From: Candidatus Woesebacteria bacterium
Lineage (GTDB): Bacteria > Patescibacteriota > Microgenomatia > UBA1400 > MFAQ01
Length of the DNA: 64,000 nucleotides
Reading direction: 5' to 3'
NCBI GenBank assembly: GCA_035389185.1
Contig: DAOORK010000001.1
Coordinates: 65,006-129,005 of the forward strand
How positions within the stretch are numbered: the first letter of the stretch is position 1; every line of letters begins with the position of its first letter. The notes below the pieces were generated by a model that was given only the letters and a program-made list of their open reading frames with translations, ran no database searches and was not told where the DNA came from. Positions 18,089-27,428 of this stretch are shown here, piece after piece. A program made the position numbers and the translations under genes.

Positions 18089-18826
18089 ATGATGAATGAG
18101 GCACTGATACGTATCGGAGATATTCCTGTTTACGGCTATGGATTAATTGTAGTCTTTTCCATTTTGTGGGGGTCATTTGTGTTTTATAAAAAGGCTTCTG
18201 AGTCACACTTTGAAGACAAGACGATTTTGGATAGCGTTGTTTTGAGTGCCTTTTGGGCTTTCATTGTTGGTAGGGTACTTTATGCACTACTGCATTTTGG
18301 AACTTTTGCTAAACACTGGTCTCGACTGCTTTTGTTAACGAACTATCCCGGTCTAGATAGATGGGGAGTGATTGCCGGTATTGCACTGGGTTTGTGGCTT
18401 TGTATTCGAAAAATTAAGGTAAAGTTTTTGGATTGGTTTGACCTGGTATCTCTTGGCATCACTGCTGGGTCTGCTATTTTGATGGGTGGTATAGCGGCCA
18501 TGACAGCAATGTGGCAGTACGCTGTTTTGGCGGTTTTGTATTTAGGCTTTTTTGTGTATTTTTGGAGAACCGAAAAGACTTACCGTGTTCTTGATTGGTA
18601 TCGAAACAACAAGACATCGGCAAGGTCAGGATACATAACCGGCTTGTCGATTACGGTTTGGGGGTTGTTGTATTTGGCAGAGACAATGTTAACCAAGACT
18701 TTTGTTTGGTCGAGTGGCGTTTTGGCGAGTGTGTTGTTTGTGGGAGGGTTGGTTTTAGTGTATATTAGGTCTGGCAGGACATTGGTAGAAGATATAAAAA
18801 CAATTTTAAAACATGGTAAAAAGTAA
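18089..18826 (+). CDS. Lgt-like (prolipoprotein diacylglyceryl transferase-like) membrane protein
   Basis: YGYG, IVGRVLY, WFDLVS Lgt-like N-terminal half; canonical C-terminal motifs not seen. Confidence 0.65.
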   Translation: MMNEALIRIGDIPVYGYGLIVVFSILWGSFVFYKKASESHFEDKTILDSVVLSAFWAFIVGRVLYALLHFGTFAKHWSRLLLLTNYPGLDRWGVIAGIALGLWLCIRKIKVKFLDWFDLVSLGITAGSAILMGGIAAMTAMWQYAVLAVLYLGFFVYFWRTEKTYRVLDWYRNNKTSARSGYITGLSITVWGLLYLAETMLTKTFVWSSGVLASVLFVGGLVLVYIRSGRTLVEDIKTILKHGKK

Positions 18827-19187
18827 AAAACAGGGATTCCCAGCTCAAGTGTTAAAGCCGGTGGAGAAGTATCTAAAAGATGAGGAGAAAAAACTAAAAG
18901 TGTCAAAAAAAGAGCTGAAAGATGTTGATCCTTTTGTGATTGGAAATCGTGACGGCGATAACTCTGTGGATTCGGATGTGGCCGAGAACGTAGAACATGA
19001 TCGAGCTTTTGCAATGAGAATGTCAGTTTCAAAATCGTTAGTTGCGGTTAGAAAAGCATTGACAAGAATTAAGTTGGGGAAGTATGGCATTTGCTTGGGT
19101 TGCGGTAAGATGATAGATACGGATAGACTAGCGGTAACTCCAACTACGGAGTATTGTTTAGAATGCGCCAAGAAAGCCGAAAAATAA
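18813..19187 (+). CDS. DksA/TraR C4 zinc-finger protein
   Basis: AL.RI..GKYGICLGCG..I...RL...P...YCLECA. Confidence 0.9.
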   Translation: MVKSKKQGFPAQVLKPVEKYLKDEEKKLKVSKKELKDVDPFVIGNRDGDNSVDSDVAENVEHDRAFAMRMSVSKSLVAVRKALTRIKLGKYGICLGCGKMIDTDRLAVTPTTEYCLECAKKAEK

Positions 19188-19606
19188 TTTGGGTGATTGG
19201 AATTGCGGCATTAGTGACAGTTTTGATTGATTTGTTTTGGCAGTTTTATTTTCGTTTACATTCTTTGGGAGTAGAAAACTTCGGAGTATCATTTGGACTG
19301 GGTAAGGAGTGGGGGAGAGTGTTGTCTTTAATTGCTTATGGATTTTTTGTTGTTTGGTATCTATGGGGAAGATATAGAGGAGATAGAAGAACGTGGCCGA
19401 TTTTGCTGGTGGCTTTGGGTGGATTGGGAAATCTGATCTGTCGTTTGGTGTGGGGTAGTGTATGGGATTACATTTGTTTTTCTTGGTTACCGTTTTGTTT
19501 TAATTTGGCCGACTTACTGATTTCCGTTGGAGCGATCTCGTATATACTTGGTGTTGATGGATATTCAAGTGTTGTACGAAGACAAAGAAACTCTGGTAAT
19601 AAATAA
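19154..19606 (+). CDS. lspA: Signal peptidase II
   Basis: NFGVSFG, GGLGNL..R...GSVWDYI, FNLADLLI; start uncertain. Confidence 0.8.
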   Translation: MFRMRQESRKIIWVIGIAALVTVLIDLFWQFYFRLHSLGVENFGVSFGLGKEWGRVLSLIAYGFFVVWYLWGRYRGDRRTWPILLVALGGLGNLICRLVWGSVWDYICFSWLPFCFNLADLLISVGAISYILGVDGYSSVVRRQRNSGNK

Positions 19607-20285
19607 GCCGGTCGGATTGGTGGTTAATCGCTCGGAGTCGGTGTCCGGAAAAACTGTTCAAGATTGGATTGAAGAAAGGTTGGGTGATGAGTTGTTTAAA
19701 TATGAAGACAAAGTCTTTCGCCAAAGAAGCGGTTTTTGTCACCGTTTGGATAAAGAAACAAGTGGCTGTTTGGTGATCGCAAAAAACCCCGACGCCTTAA
19801 AATATTATTTGAAGCTGTTTAAAGACCGAAAACTAATAAAACAGTATGTAGCTTTGGTCCACGGCAGAGTCGAACCAAGTGAGGGTACCGTGGTCTTGCC
19901 ACTAAAAAGAAGTTTGTTTGATCGGGAAAAATGGCAAGTACATTATGAAGGTAAAAAAGCGATTACGGAATGGAGCGTAGTCGGAAGATTTAAATATGAG
20001 CAAAGTGAACACTGGAAAAACTCTTTGAGCTTATTGAAATTAAATTTGAAAACGGGGAGAACTCACCAGATAAGAGTACACTTATCATTTTTGGGCTGGC
20101 CAATTTTTGCTGACGAAAAATACTTAAATAAAGAACTGGCTGTGCGAGATAGACTTTTTTTGAGCCATCATTTTCTTCACGCGCAGTGGATGGAGTTTAA
20201 AACATACTCAGGCAATGAGATTAAAGTAGAAGCGCCTTTGCCTGATGATTGTATGATATTGCTTAAGAGACTGGTCGTAGATTAG
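19557..20285 (+). CDS. RluA-family pseudouridine synthase
   Basis: INKPVGL, HRLDKETSG, TGRTHQIRVH, LHA. Confidence 0.95.
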   Translation: MDIQVLYEDKETLVINKPVGLVVNRSESVSGKTVQDWIEERLGDELFKYEDKVFRQRSGFCHRLDKETSGCLVIAKNPDALKYYLKLFKDRKLIKQYVALVHGRVEPSEGTVVLPLKRSLFDREKWQVHYEGKKAITEWSVVGRFKYEQSEHWKNSLSLLKLNLKTGRTHQIRVHLSFLGWPIFADEKYLNKELAVRDRLFLSHHFLHAQWMEFKTYSGNEIKVEAPLPDDCMILLKRLVVD

Positions 20286-20291
20286 AATGGA

Positions 20292-21974
20292 TTGATGGAT
20301 GCATTTTTGATTGAAATTGTGGCGGTATTTGTGGTTGCCGTTTTAGTAGGAATTTTATTTCGTTATTTTGGTTTGCCTTCAATTATTGGTCATGTGTTGG
20401 CAGGATTTGGTTTAGGTTTTTCCGGATTGATTAGTGTATCGGGGGCTTCTACAATGGAGAGTTTAGGTTCGATTGGAGTGACTCTCTTACTATTTTTAGT
20501 GGGTTTGGAGCTTGACTGGAATGAGATCAAAAAGGTAGGTAAAGAGGCACTCTTGATATTTTTTGGCCAAACGATATTGTTGGTCGGAGTATATGTTTTC
20601 TTTGGTTTGTTTGCCTTGCGTTTTTCGGCAATGGCGGCAGTATTATTCGCGATAGCCATGACTTTTAGCAGTACTATCGTGGTGGTCAAGGTTTTGTCCG
20701 AGAAAAAAGAAATTAATGATTATTCCGGTCGTTTGTCTCTGGGAATATTACTTCTTCAGGATTTGCTGGCTATTGCCTTGTTAGTGTTTATCCCCAGTGT
20801 TCAATCAGGTTTTGTGATTTCGGATTTGGGAATCTTGATGGCAAAATTATTGGTGATTATTTTGCTGGTTAATATTTTGGGAAATGTGGCTATTTCCAAG
20901 TTAATGAAGCAGGTGATAAAGACAGCTGAAGATCTGGTTCTTTTGAGTTTAGTCTGGTTTGCGGCAGTGATCTATCTGTCCGTCAAAGTTTTGGGTTTGT
21001 CTCCGGAGATCGGTGGTTTGCTGGCAGGCCTGTCGCTATCTAGAAGTTGGGGTCACTTTCAGATTGTGAGTAAAGTAAGAATCCTGCGAGATGTCTTTCT
21101 AACAATGTTTTTTGTAGTTTTGGGTTTTGAAGTTGGGATGGGTGGAGTAAACTGGCCTTTGGTACTGACGTTGATTGTGATGATTCTGGTGGTGAAGTTT
21201 CTTGTTACCCACATGATGGCGAGATTTGTGGGTCTTAATGGAAGGACAGCAATTATTTTGGGAATTAACATGACACAAGTGTCTGAGTTTTCTTTGGTAG
21301 TGATGTCTGCCGGATTGATGTACGGAGTGTGGTCACAAGGCATTGTAAGGGCGGTGACAATGGCTACGTTGGTATCAATGACCTTGTCAACCATACTGAT
21401 GAGTAAGTCGGGAAAACTGAGTCTGCGATTAAAAAAGTTATCAAACTTGTTGTTTGATTTCCATGGAAAGGATAGGCAAAAAAAATTAGAAAACAAGAAT
21501 CATATTGTTTTGTTTGGGGGAGACAGAACGGGGAAAAGCATCTTGGCTTATTTAAATAAAAATGGGGAAAAGACAGTCGTGGTTGATTACAATCCGCAAA
21601 TAACTACTGAGCTTATTAGTAAGGGCGAGACGGTGATATTTGCTGATGCCTCCGATCCTGATGTTTTGGAGTTAGCGAATGTGAAGGACGCAAAACTGGT
21701 TATTTCTACCATGAAAAATATAAATGATTCGTTATCCCTACTGGAAGAGATAAAAGACGGGAAAATAGACGTACCGGTTATTGCCGACGCAGAGAGCCTT
21801 GAACAGGCAAAGCAGTTGTATGCGGCAGGAGCGGCATATGTAATACTCCCACATTTTGTGAGTGGTTGGCATATGGGTCAACTATCAAAAAAGTATGGGA
21901 AAGACAAAACGGTGTTGGAGAAATACCGTAAGAGACAGGATGGAGTGTTAAAGAAAACTTATGGTGAGTATTAA
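20292..21974 (+). CDS. CPA2 cation:proton antiporter with TrkA-N domain (Kef-like)
   Basis: LLLFLVGLEL, FSSTIVV, ILLLQD, FFVVLG, QVSEFS, C-terminal RCK domain. Confidence 0.92.
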   Translation: MMDAFLIEIVAVFVVAVLVGILFRYFGLPSIIGHVLAGFGLGFSGLISVSGASTMESLGSIGVTLLLFLVGLELDWNEIKKVGKEALLIFFGQTILLVGVYVFFGLFALRFSAMAAVLFAIAMTFSSTIVVVKVLSEKKEINDYSGRLSLGILLLQDLLAIALLVFIPSVQSGFVISDLGILMAKLLVIILLVNILGNVAISKLMKQVIKTAEDLVLLSLVWFAAVIYLSVKVLGLSPEIGGLLAGLSLSRSWGHFQIVSKVRILRDVFLTMFFVVLGFEVGMGGVNWPLVLTLIVMILVVKFLVTHMMARFVGLNGRTAIILGINMTQVSEFSLVVMSAGLMYGVWSQGIVRAVTMATLVSMTLSTILMSKSGKLSLRLKKLSNLLFDFHGKDRQKKLENKNHIVLFGGDRTGKSILAYLNKNGEKTVVVDYNPQITTELISKGETVIFADASDPDVLELANVKDAKLVISTMKNINDSLSLLEEIKDGKIDVPVIADAESLEQAKQLYAAGAAYVILPHFVSGWHMGQLSKKYGKDKTVLEKYRKRQDGVLKKTYGEY

Positions 21975-22845
21975 TAAAAAGTACCAGTATATTTTGGGAG
22001 TTTCTTTTTTGGCGATTCTGTTGTCTATTTTAATCATTAATTTGACACGAAGGGGGATTTTTAATAAAAATATTGGTTTTAATATTGTCGTGGTAGGGGA
22101 GAGGGAAATTAGTTTGCTTTTACTGCGTCCCGATGAAGAGATGGTTAGCTGGATAGAACTACCATCGGACGTGAAAGTGAAGATTTACAATTCTTCTGCA
22201 AGCTATCCAATTGCTTCATTATGGAGTTATGGATTGGGGGAAAGAAATCTGTTTGAAGTGGTGGAAAAATCGCTTGGTCAATCTATGGGAGTAATCGTAG
22301 CTCGGACAATTAAGATTGATAAAACGAAGGCTGAAGTTGAAGATGTATTGGGTGCACTGCTGTCGCTTAGAACTAAGACAGATTTAAGTGTGAGAGACAG
22401 GATGCTGATGAGAAAGTTTCTGGGTGAGATCGTGAAGTCAAAGAAAGTCCTGGAGCTTAGTTTACCCAACAATGCCGTTGATAAGGTGGTTGAGCCGGAT
22501 GGCAGAGAGTTTTCTGTTTTTAACACAACTACTTCAGTGTGGACAAAAAATAAGTTTGTTTTGGAACCTATTCTGGATGAAAACATTGATGTATCAGTAA
22601 ATAATGCTTCGGATGTTCAAGGATGGGGATTAATATTAGCTCATCAGCTTGAGTCTTCTGGAGTTCATGTGGTGGAGATAAAAGTAGACAAACTCGAAGA
22701 TATTCATGCAGATGGGTGTTTTTATGCGACAGAAGCGAGTTTTGAGATGACAGAGTCATTACTTAGAGATCAACTAGGCTGTAAAAAAATAAGTCGAAAA
22801 AATAGTGAGCTGTCTCAACCAAGAATGAATGTGTGGATAAAGTGA
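21961..22845 (+). CDS. Membrane-anchored protein with LytR/LCP C-terminal-like domain
   Basis: N-terminal TM; VSVNNASDVQGWG..LA..LE..G. Confidence 0.6.
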   Translation: MVSINKKYQYILGVSFLAILLSILIINLTRRGIFNKNIGFNIVVVGEREISLLLLRPDEEMVSWIELPSDVKVKIYNSSASYPIASLWSYGLGERNLFEVVEKSLGQSMGVIVARTIKIDKTKAEVEDVLGALLSLRTKTDLSVRDRMLMRKFLGEIVKSKKVLELSLPNNAVDKVVEPDGREFSVFNTTTSVWTKNKFVLEPILDENIDVSVNNASDVQGWGLILAHQLESSGVHVVEIKVDKLEDIHADGCFYATEASFEMTESLLRDQLGCKKISRKNSELSQPRMNVWIK

Positions 22846-22846
22846 C

Positions 22847-23554
22847 TTAGGCTTCTTCGCTCATCAGAGGGTCATAAATCTCAAGTGGTGGAATCTCACT
22901 TGATTCGCCAGCCGAGAGGGAAGGAAGGAGTTCATTTTCATCCAGCGGGAAAGAGGGGATTCCCTTAAGACGTTTGGTGATGTGTATTTCTTGTATAAAT
23001 ACCTGAGGTGTTTTGGAGTTGACGGATTTCATGACCGTTTTGTATTTGTAGCCGGCTTTGAGTAAATGTAAAAGACGATGTGAGATGTTGTCGGGAAGGT
23101 AGCCAATAAAGATATTTTTTTGATCGGAAACTTTTACTTTATGTTTGCAACTGGATAGCTCAACTGGTTCACCAATATTGAGGGTAGAAAATATCTTTGG
23201 TTCAGCTTGGCTAACGAGAGGGATTACTTTTGATTTGCCCGGTTCTTCAATAAAGCTTACAGTTTGGATAAAGGGATTGATAAGGCCTGAAGACTTGTTT
23301 GATTTTAGACGCTGAATGTTGTTTTTGGCGATTGGGTTGTGTGGGTCAATTTTGATTACTTTTTCAAAATTATTTTGAGCTTTTTTGTTTTTGCCAACCA
23401 TGGAATAGGCAGTGCCGAGACGATTGAGAGTGGAGATGTCTTCCGGATAGGTCTCCAAAATTTTTTCATTGAGTTTGATGGCCTCGGCCCAGTTTTTACT
23501 GACGGAGGCTTTTATCGCTTCTTGTTGTAAATCGTGCGTTGAATCATTATTCAT
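22847..23554 (-). CDS. Tetratricopeptide repeat protein
   Basis: N-terminal TPRs (LNRLG.AY...G..A...F..V..IDP.N..A), FIEEPGK, IGYLPD. Confidence 0.8.
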   Translation of the reverse strand: MNNDSTHDLQQEAIKASVSKNWAEAIKLNEKILETYPEDISTLNRLGTAYSMVGKNKKAQNNFEKVIKIDPHNPIAKNNIQRLKSNKSSGLINPFIQTVSFIEEPGKSKVIPLVSQAEPKIFSTLNIGEPVELSSCKHKVKVSDQKNIFIGYLPDNISHRLLHLLKAGYKYKTVMKSVNSKTPQVFIQEIHITKRLKGIPSFPLDENELLPSLSAGESSEIPPLEIYDPLMSEEA

Positions 23555-23622
23555 GCTGAAGGAAATGATAGTGAGATTTTAGTGATATGTCAAGCCGTAA
23601 ATTGTTTGGTAGAATTGGTTAT

Positions 23623-24147
23623 ATGTCAGGTCACTCAAAATGGTCCACCATTAAACATCAAAAAGCGATTGAAGACAACAAGCGTGGTGCCGTGTTTACC
23701 AAAATTGCAAAAAAGATCCATATAGCGGTTAAAAAGGGTGGTTCGGGTGACGTTAATGTGAACCCTTTCTTAAGAGAATGCATTGAGGAGGCTCGGCAGG
23801 TTAATATGCCCACCGAAAATATAAAGAGAGCAATAGATAAGGCTTCGGGTGTTGGAGGAGCTGATGTGACAGAAGAGGTGGTATATGAGGCATATAGTAC
23901 CGAGGGCGTGGGAATATTAATTACGGCAGTTACGGACAACCGTAACCGAACAGCATCTGAAATTAATTCAGTATTAAATAAGCACAGTGCAAAGTTGGGT
24001 GGTCCGGGTTCAGTTTCTTATATGAAGTCGATTTCACCAGTACCAATGATTAGCTTGGGTGAGGAACAAAAACTAAAAGTTGAGGAATTACTTGAAGCAT
24101 TGTCCGATCTTGACGATACGGTTGATGTTTGGTCAAACTTAGATTAA
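23623..24147 (+). CDS. yebC: YebC/PmpR family protein (shortened)
   Basis: MSGHSKWSTIKH, NMP..NI.RAI, TDNRNRT, DLDDTVDVWSN; ATG 23623. Confidence 0.93.
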   Translation: MSGHSKWSTIKHQKAIEDNKRGAVFTKIAKKIHIAVKKGGSGDVNVNPFLRECIEEARQVNMPTENIKRAIDKASGVGGADVTEEVVYEAYSTEGVGILITAVTDNRNRTASEINSVLNKHSAKLGGPGSVSYMKSISPVPMISLGEEQKLKVEELLEALSDLDDTVDVWSNLD

Positions 24148-24150
24148 AAG

Positions 24151-24975
24151 ATGTCAAAAAGAACAAGATTCGTTTTGGTGAGCATTTTAATTGCTTTTTT
24201 GCTGTGGCTGACGTCACTAGCTCAAGTTGATTACCGATTTGGTTTTGTGATGGCAGTGGCGGCGGCTTCGTACATATTGTCGGCTTGGGTGCTGTTTGAC
24301 GATTTAAAGGGTATTGAGTGGATTACCTTACTGGTATTGCCTTTGATGTTTACTTTGGGGAGTGGATTGTTTTCTAACTTTTTACCGACAGCCTTTCCGG
24401 GGATGTTGGGAGTAACTTTTTCGACAGAGACGTCGCAGTTATTGGCTGGAATTTTTAAGGTGTTTTACTTTGTACTGGTAGCCATGGGCTTGTACGGGAT
24501 CCTTTTGATCGAGAATATCTTTTCGGTAGCCTCGATTAGAACCATACAGCTGTTTCGAGCTGCAAGGTCGGTAAATTTTATTTTGACTTTGGTGACTTCG
24601 TTGTTTTTCTTTACGGTCGCTTTGAGTTTGAAATTAGCTTTTTGGTGGGTGATGCCAATTTCTTTTATAACGTCTTTCTTGTTGGCCTATCCAAGTTTGT
24701 GGAGCGTCGACCTAAAGAACGATTTTGGTCCGGAAGTGTTTCGGTATGCGGTGTCATCAAGTTGGATAATCGCTCTAATGTCGGGAGTTCTATGTTTTTG
24801 GCCAGTTAAGCCATTCATGGGAGGTTTGATACTTACATCCGGGCTTTACGTCTTGTTTGGTATCCTTGAGCAGAAATTATCAAGTAGGGTATACCTCGAA
24901 AGTCTTTGGGAGTATGGTCTAACGATATTTATTATTTTAGCTGTTGGTTTTTTGACAACATCTTGGGTAGGATAA
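24151..24975 (+). CDS. Polytopic membrane protein (CPR-type hypothetical)
   Basis: About nine hydrophobic segments; LLIENIFSVASIRTIQLFRAA. Confidence 0.8.
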   Translation: MSKRTRFVLVSILIAFLLWLTSLAQVDYRFGFVMAVAAASYILSAWVLFDDLKGIEWITLLVLPLMFTLGSGLFSNFLPTAFPGMLGVTFSTETSQLLAGIFKVFYFVLVAMGLYGILLIENIFSVASIRTIQLFRAARSVNFILTLVTSLFFFTVALSLKLAFWWVMPISFITSFLLAYPSLWSVDLKNDFGPEVFRYAVSSSWIIALMSGVLCFWPVKPFMGGLILTSGLYVLFGILEQKLSSRVYLESLWEYGLTIFIILAVGFLTTSWVG

Positions 24976-24987
24976 ATACAGAAATAC

Positions 24988-25019
24988 GTATTAAGTATTA
25001 TGTATTAAGTATTATGTAT
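24988..25019. repeat. 7-bp tandem repeat (GTATTAA/GTATTAT)
   Basis: 24993-25019 is identical to 10369-10395 (27 bp). Confidence 0.9.
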
Positions 25020-25090
25020 GGGAGAAGATAGGTATTAATTATTTCATTACGTAAGAAAAAAATTCGATGGCTGGTCAAAAAGGGGAGAGA

Positions 25091-25142
25091 CCCTATAATA
25101 TAACACCCTATAATAAATATCCTATAACTAACATCCTATAAT
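25091..25142. repeat. Four CCTATAA direct repeats spaced 15/14/14 bp
   Basis: Copies start at 25092, 25107, 25121 and 25135. Confidence 0.85.
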
Positions 25143-25185
25143 ACTTTTCACAAAACAGCGAAGTTTTCACGAAATTTAGCAGACA

Positions 25186-25194
25186 TGTGGATAA
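25186..25194 (-). promoter_or_regulatory. Consensus DnaA box
   Basis: TGTGGATAA = reverse complement of TTATCCACA. Confidence 0.6.
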
Positions 25195-25409
25195 CTTGCT
25201 AGGTGAGTGGGTTTGATATAGTTGGGGAAAGAATCAATGTAATTGAATTATGACTGTCGGGAGGTAGAGGTAAAACAATGATTATTTAATAATATATTTA
25301 ATTACACTAAATAATTTGATGACGGATATCTTTGAGAGAAGTGAAAGTGTTATTCTTCTGCACTTCCCTGTTTATCAGAACTATGCCCTAGGGAAGAATG
25401 CTTTATGAT

Positions 25410-25437
25410 ACGTCGCACAATAATACTTTTGCGACGT
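25410..25437. other. Putative dif-like Xer recombination site (11-6-11)
   Basis: ACGTCGCACAA-TAATAC-TTTTGCGACGT; arms are inverted with one mismatch; ~640 bp upstream of the xer gene. Confidence 0.7.
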
Positions 25438-25938
25438 ATTCCCAAATGTTGTGCACGAAACGTAACTGATTCGCCTTCTTAATATATTTGTATAAAATCC
25501 CGAAAACTTTTCGGTTTATGCTCCCCTTTGTTCATTTGTACTTGATTATTTGCTGTTTGTGCCTAGCTAGGCTCATTTTAGGTTTAACCATATAAAAACC
25601 CGAAAACCTGAGGCTAAAGTGGCATGATTAACTACTCACAAAAAGTTCCAGAAGCCGTTTTAGGGGCATTCTACGACCTCGGTTTTTAGGACTATTTTAG
25701 GTCTGTTTGGTAGTCTCTTTAATTAAGTAAAGAGACTAAAATGTTGTCTGTCTATTCTTGAATGAGTTCGATAAATCAAATTGATGTATTGAATTGAGAT
25801 TAATTTATCTATGGTAAAGAAAATATTACTTTATTTATTTCTCTAAAATATTTTTACTGGTTTTTAAATGAATTTTTATTTTTTTTGTAAATAATTTTTT
25901 TTATGATTTATTACCGCAAAGAATCTCTAGTTTTTGAT

Positions 25939-25947
25939 TGTGGATAA
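25939..25947 (-). promoter_or_regulatory. Consensus DnaA box next to an AT-rich tract
   Basis: TGTGGATAA; degenerate TTAGGATAA at 25950-25958; very AT-rich ~25800-25915. Confidence 0.6.
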
Positions 25948-26072
25948 CTTTAGGATAACGTTTATTAAAAATTCTTTTCGGTCTCCCCTATTTATTACTC
26001 CCCTACTTTTCATGTTGTGAAAAAAATCTGATGTTTGCTAATTATGTCGCACAATATTTGCTATGATGAATT

Positions 26073-27020
26073 GTGGCTAAGAAAAAACCAGAAGACCTGA
26101 CTCTAAGAAGATTGATTCGTAGGTATTTAAGTTTTATTGAGGTGGAAAAAAACTATAGTAAGTTCACTATTCGGAACTACTCCCACTATCTTAAGATGTT
26201 TAGTGATTGGTTTGAGAAACATTATGAGCAAGAATATATTGAGAAGCTGACTGATGACATGGTACGTAGATACAGATTATTTTTAACCCACTTTGAAGAT
26301 GTCCACGGCAAGCGACTCTCCCCTACTACACAAAGTTATTATGTGATTGCCTTGCGAGCATTTCTGAAGTATTGTGCTCGAAAAGGCATAAAAACACTTT
26401 CACCGGAAAAAGTGGATTTACCAAAAAGCGAAAACCACAATATAAAGTTTTTGGAAAGAGAACAGGTTGAGAGACTGCTGATGGCCCCAGATACATCGAC
26501 GATGTCTGGGTTACGAGATAGAACTATTTTGGAAGTGTTATTTTCTACAGGTCTTCGTGTTTCTGAGTTAGCGAAACTTGATATAGATAAAATTGATCTT
26601 AAAGCTCGTGAGTTTGGTATTATCGGAAAAGGTCGTCGGGCACGGGTTGTATTTCTTACTGATAGAGCTGCCGGCTGGTTGGATAAATGGCTTTCTACCA
26701 GATCGGATCCCTTTAGAGCTTTGTGGATTAGGATACCAAAAAACGGAGAGTGGGATCCGGCTATGGGAGGTGAAAAAGCTCGCTTGTCTATTCGTGGAGT
26801 TCAAAGAATTGTGGAGAGATACAGAAGAGCTGCTGGTATATCTATGAGTGTAAGCCCTCATACTCTTAGACACTCGTTTGCTACAACCTTACTTCAGCAA
26901 GGTGCGGACTTGAGAAGTGTTCAAGAAATGCTGGGACATAAGAATGTGGCGACAACCCAGATATATACTCATGTGACGAATCCTCAACTAAAACAGATTC
27001 ACGATAAATATCTGAAATAA
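26073..27020 (+). CDS. Xer-family tyrosine recombinase
   Basis: N-terminal SAM-like domain; LRDRTILEVLFSTGLRVSEL, GKG, PHTLRHSFAT, VQEMLGH, TTQIYTHV. Confidence 0.93.
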   Translation: MAKKKPEDLTLRRLIRRYLSFIEVEKNYSKFTIRNYSHYLKMFSDWFEKHYEQEYIEKLTDDMVRRYRLFLTHFEDVHGKRLSPTTQSYYVIALRAFLKYCARKGIKTLSPEKVDLPKSENHNIKFLEREQVERLLMAPDTSTMSGLRDRTILEVLFSTGLRVSELAKLDIDKIDLKAREFGIIGKGRRARVVFLTDRAAGWLDKWLSTRSDPFRALWIRIPKNGEWDPAMGGEKARLSIRGVQRIVERYRRAAGISMSVSPHTLRHSFATTLLQQGADLRSVQEMLGHKNVATTQIYTHVTNPQLKQIHDKYLK

Positions 27021-27030
27021 AAAAAGCCCG

Positions 27031-27306
27031 CTATTGCGGGCTAAGGGTTTTGTATTCCCAGATGATGGTCATACAATTAACTGACGGACGGTGATTCCCA
27101 ACAGCTGGTGTTTGGTGAATTTGATGGCTGATTATCCTTTTGTTTGGGTTTTCATTGGCCCATCGATTTATACAGTGGGCAAGAAGAATAAAATTGTCTT
27201 CTACCCCACCTGACTTACCGCCATCTTTGGTAAGTTTTATCAGAACTAGAAACCCATTTCCTATATACTCGATTTCGTCTTCATGGTTTTTTGCTTTTGG
27301 AGACAA
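27031..27306 (-). CDS. Hypothetical protein (standalone unit)
   Basis: GGAGG SD before TTG, TATAAT upstream, terminator 27018-27042 overlapping the stop. Confidence 0.68.
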   Translation of the reverse strand: MSPKAKNHEDEIEYIGNGFLVLIKLTKDGGKSGGVEDNFILLAHCINRWANENPNKRIISHQIHQTPAVGNHRPSVNCMTIIWEYKTLSPQ

Positions 27307-27428
27307 CTTCGACCTCCCGTGTTCGAATTTTATGGTTCTTGCTATTATACTATATATAATATAGGATAGTCAAGGATTGACGATGTGATATAATATAAGT
27401 CTAAACAGCATTTTAACAAGGAGGCCTC

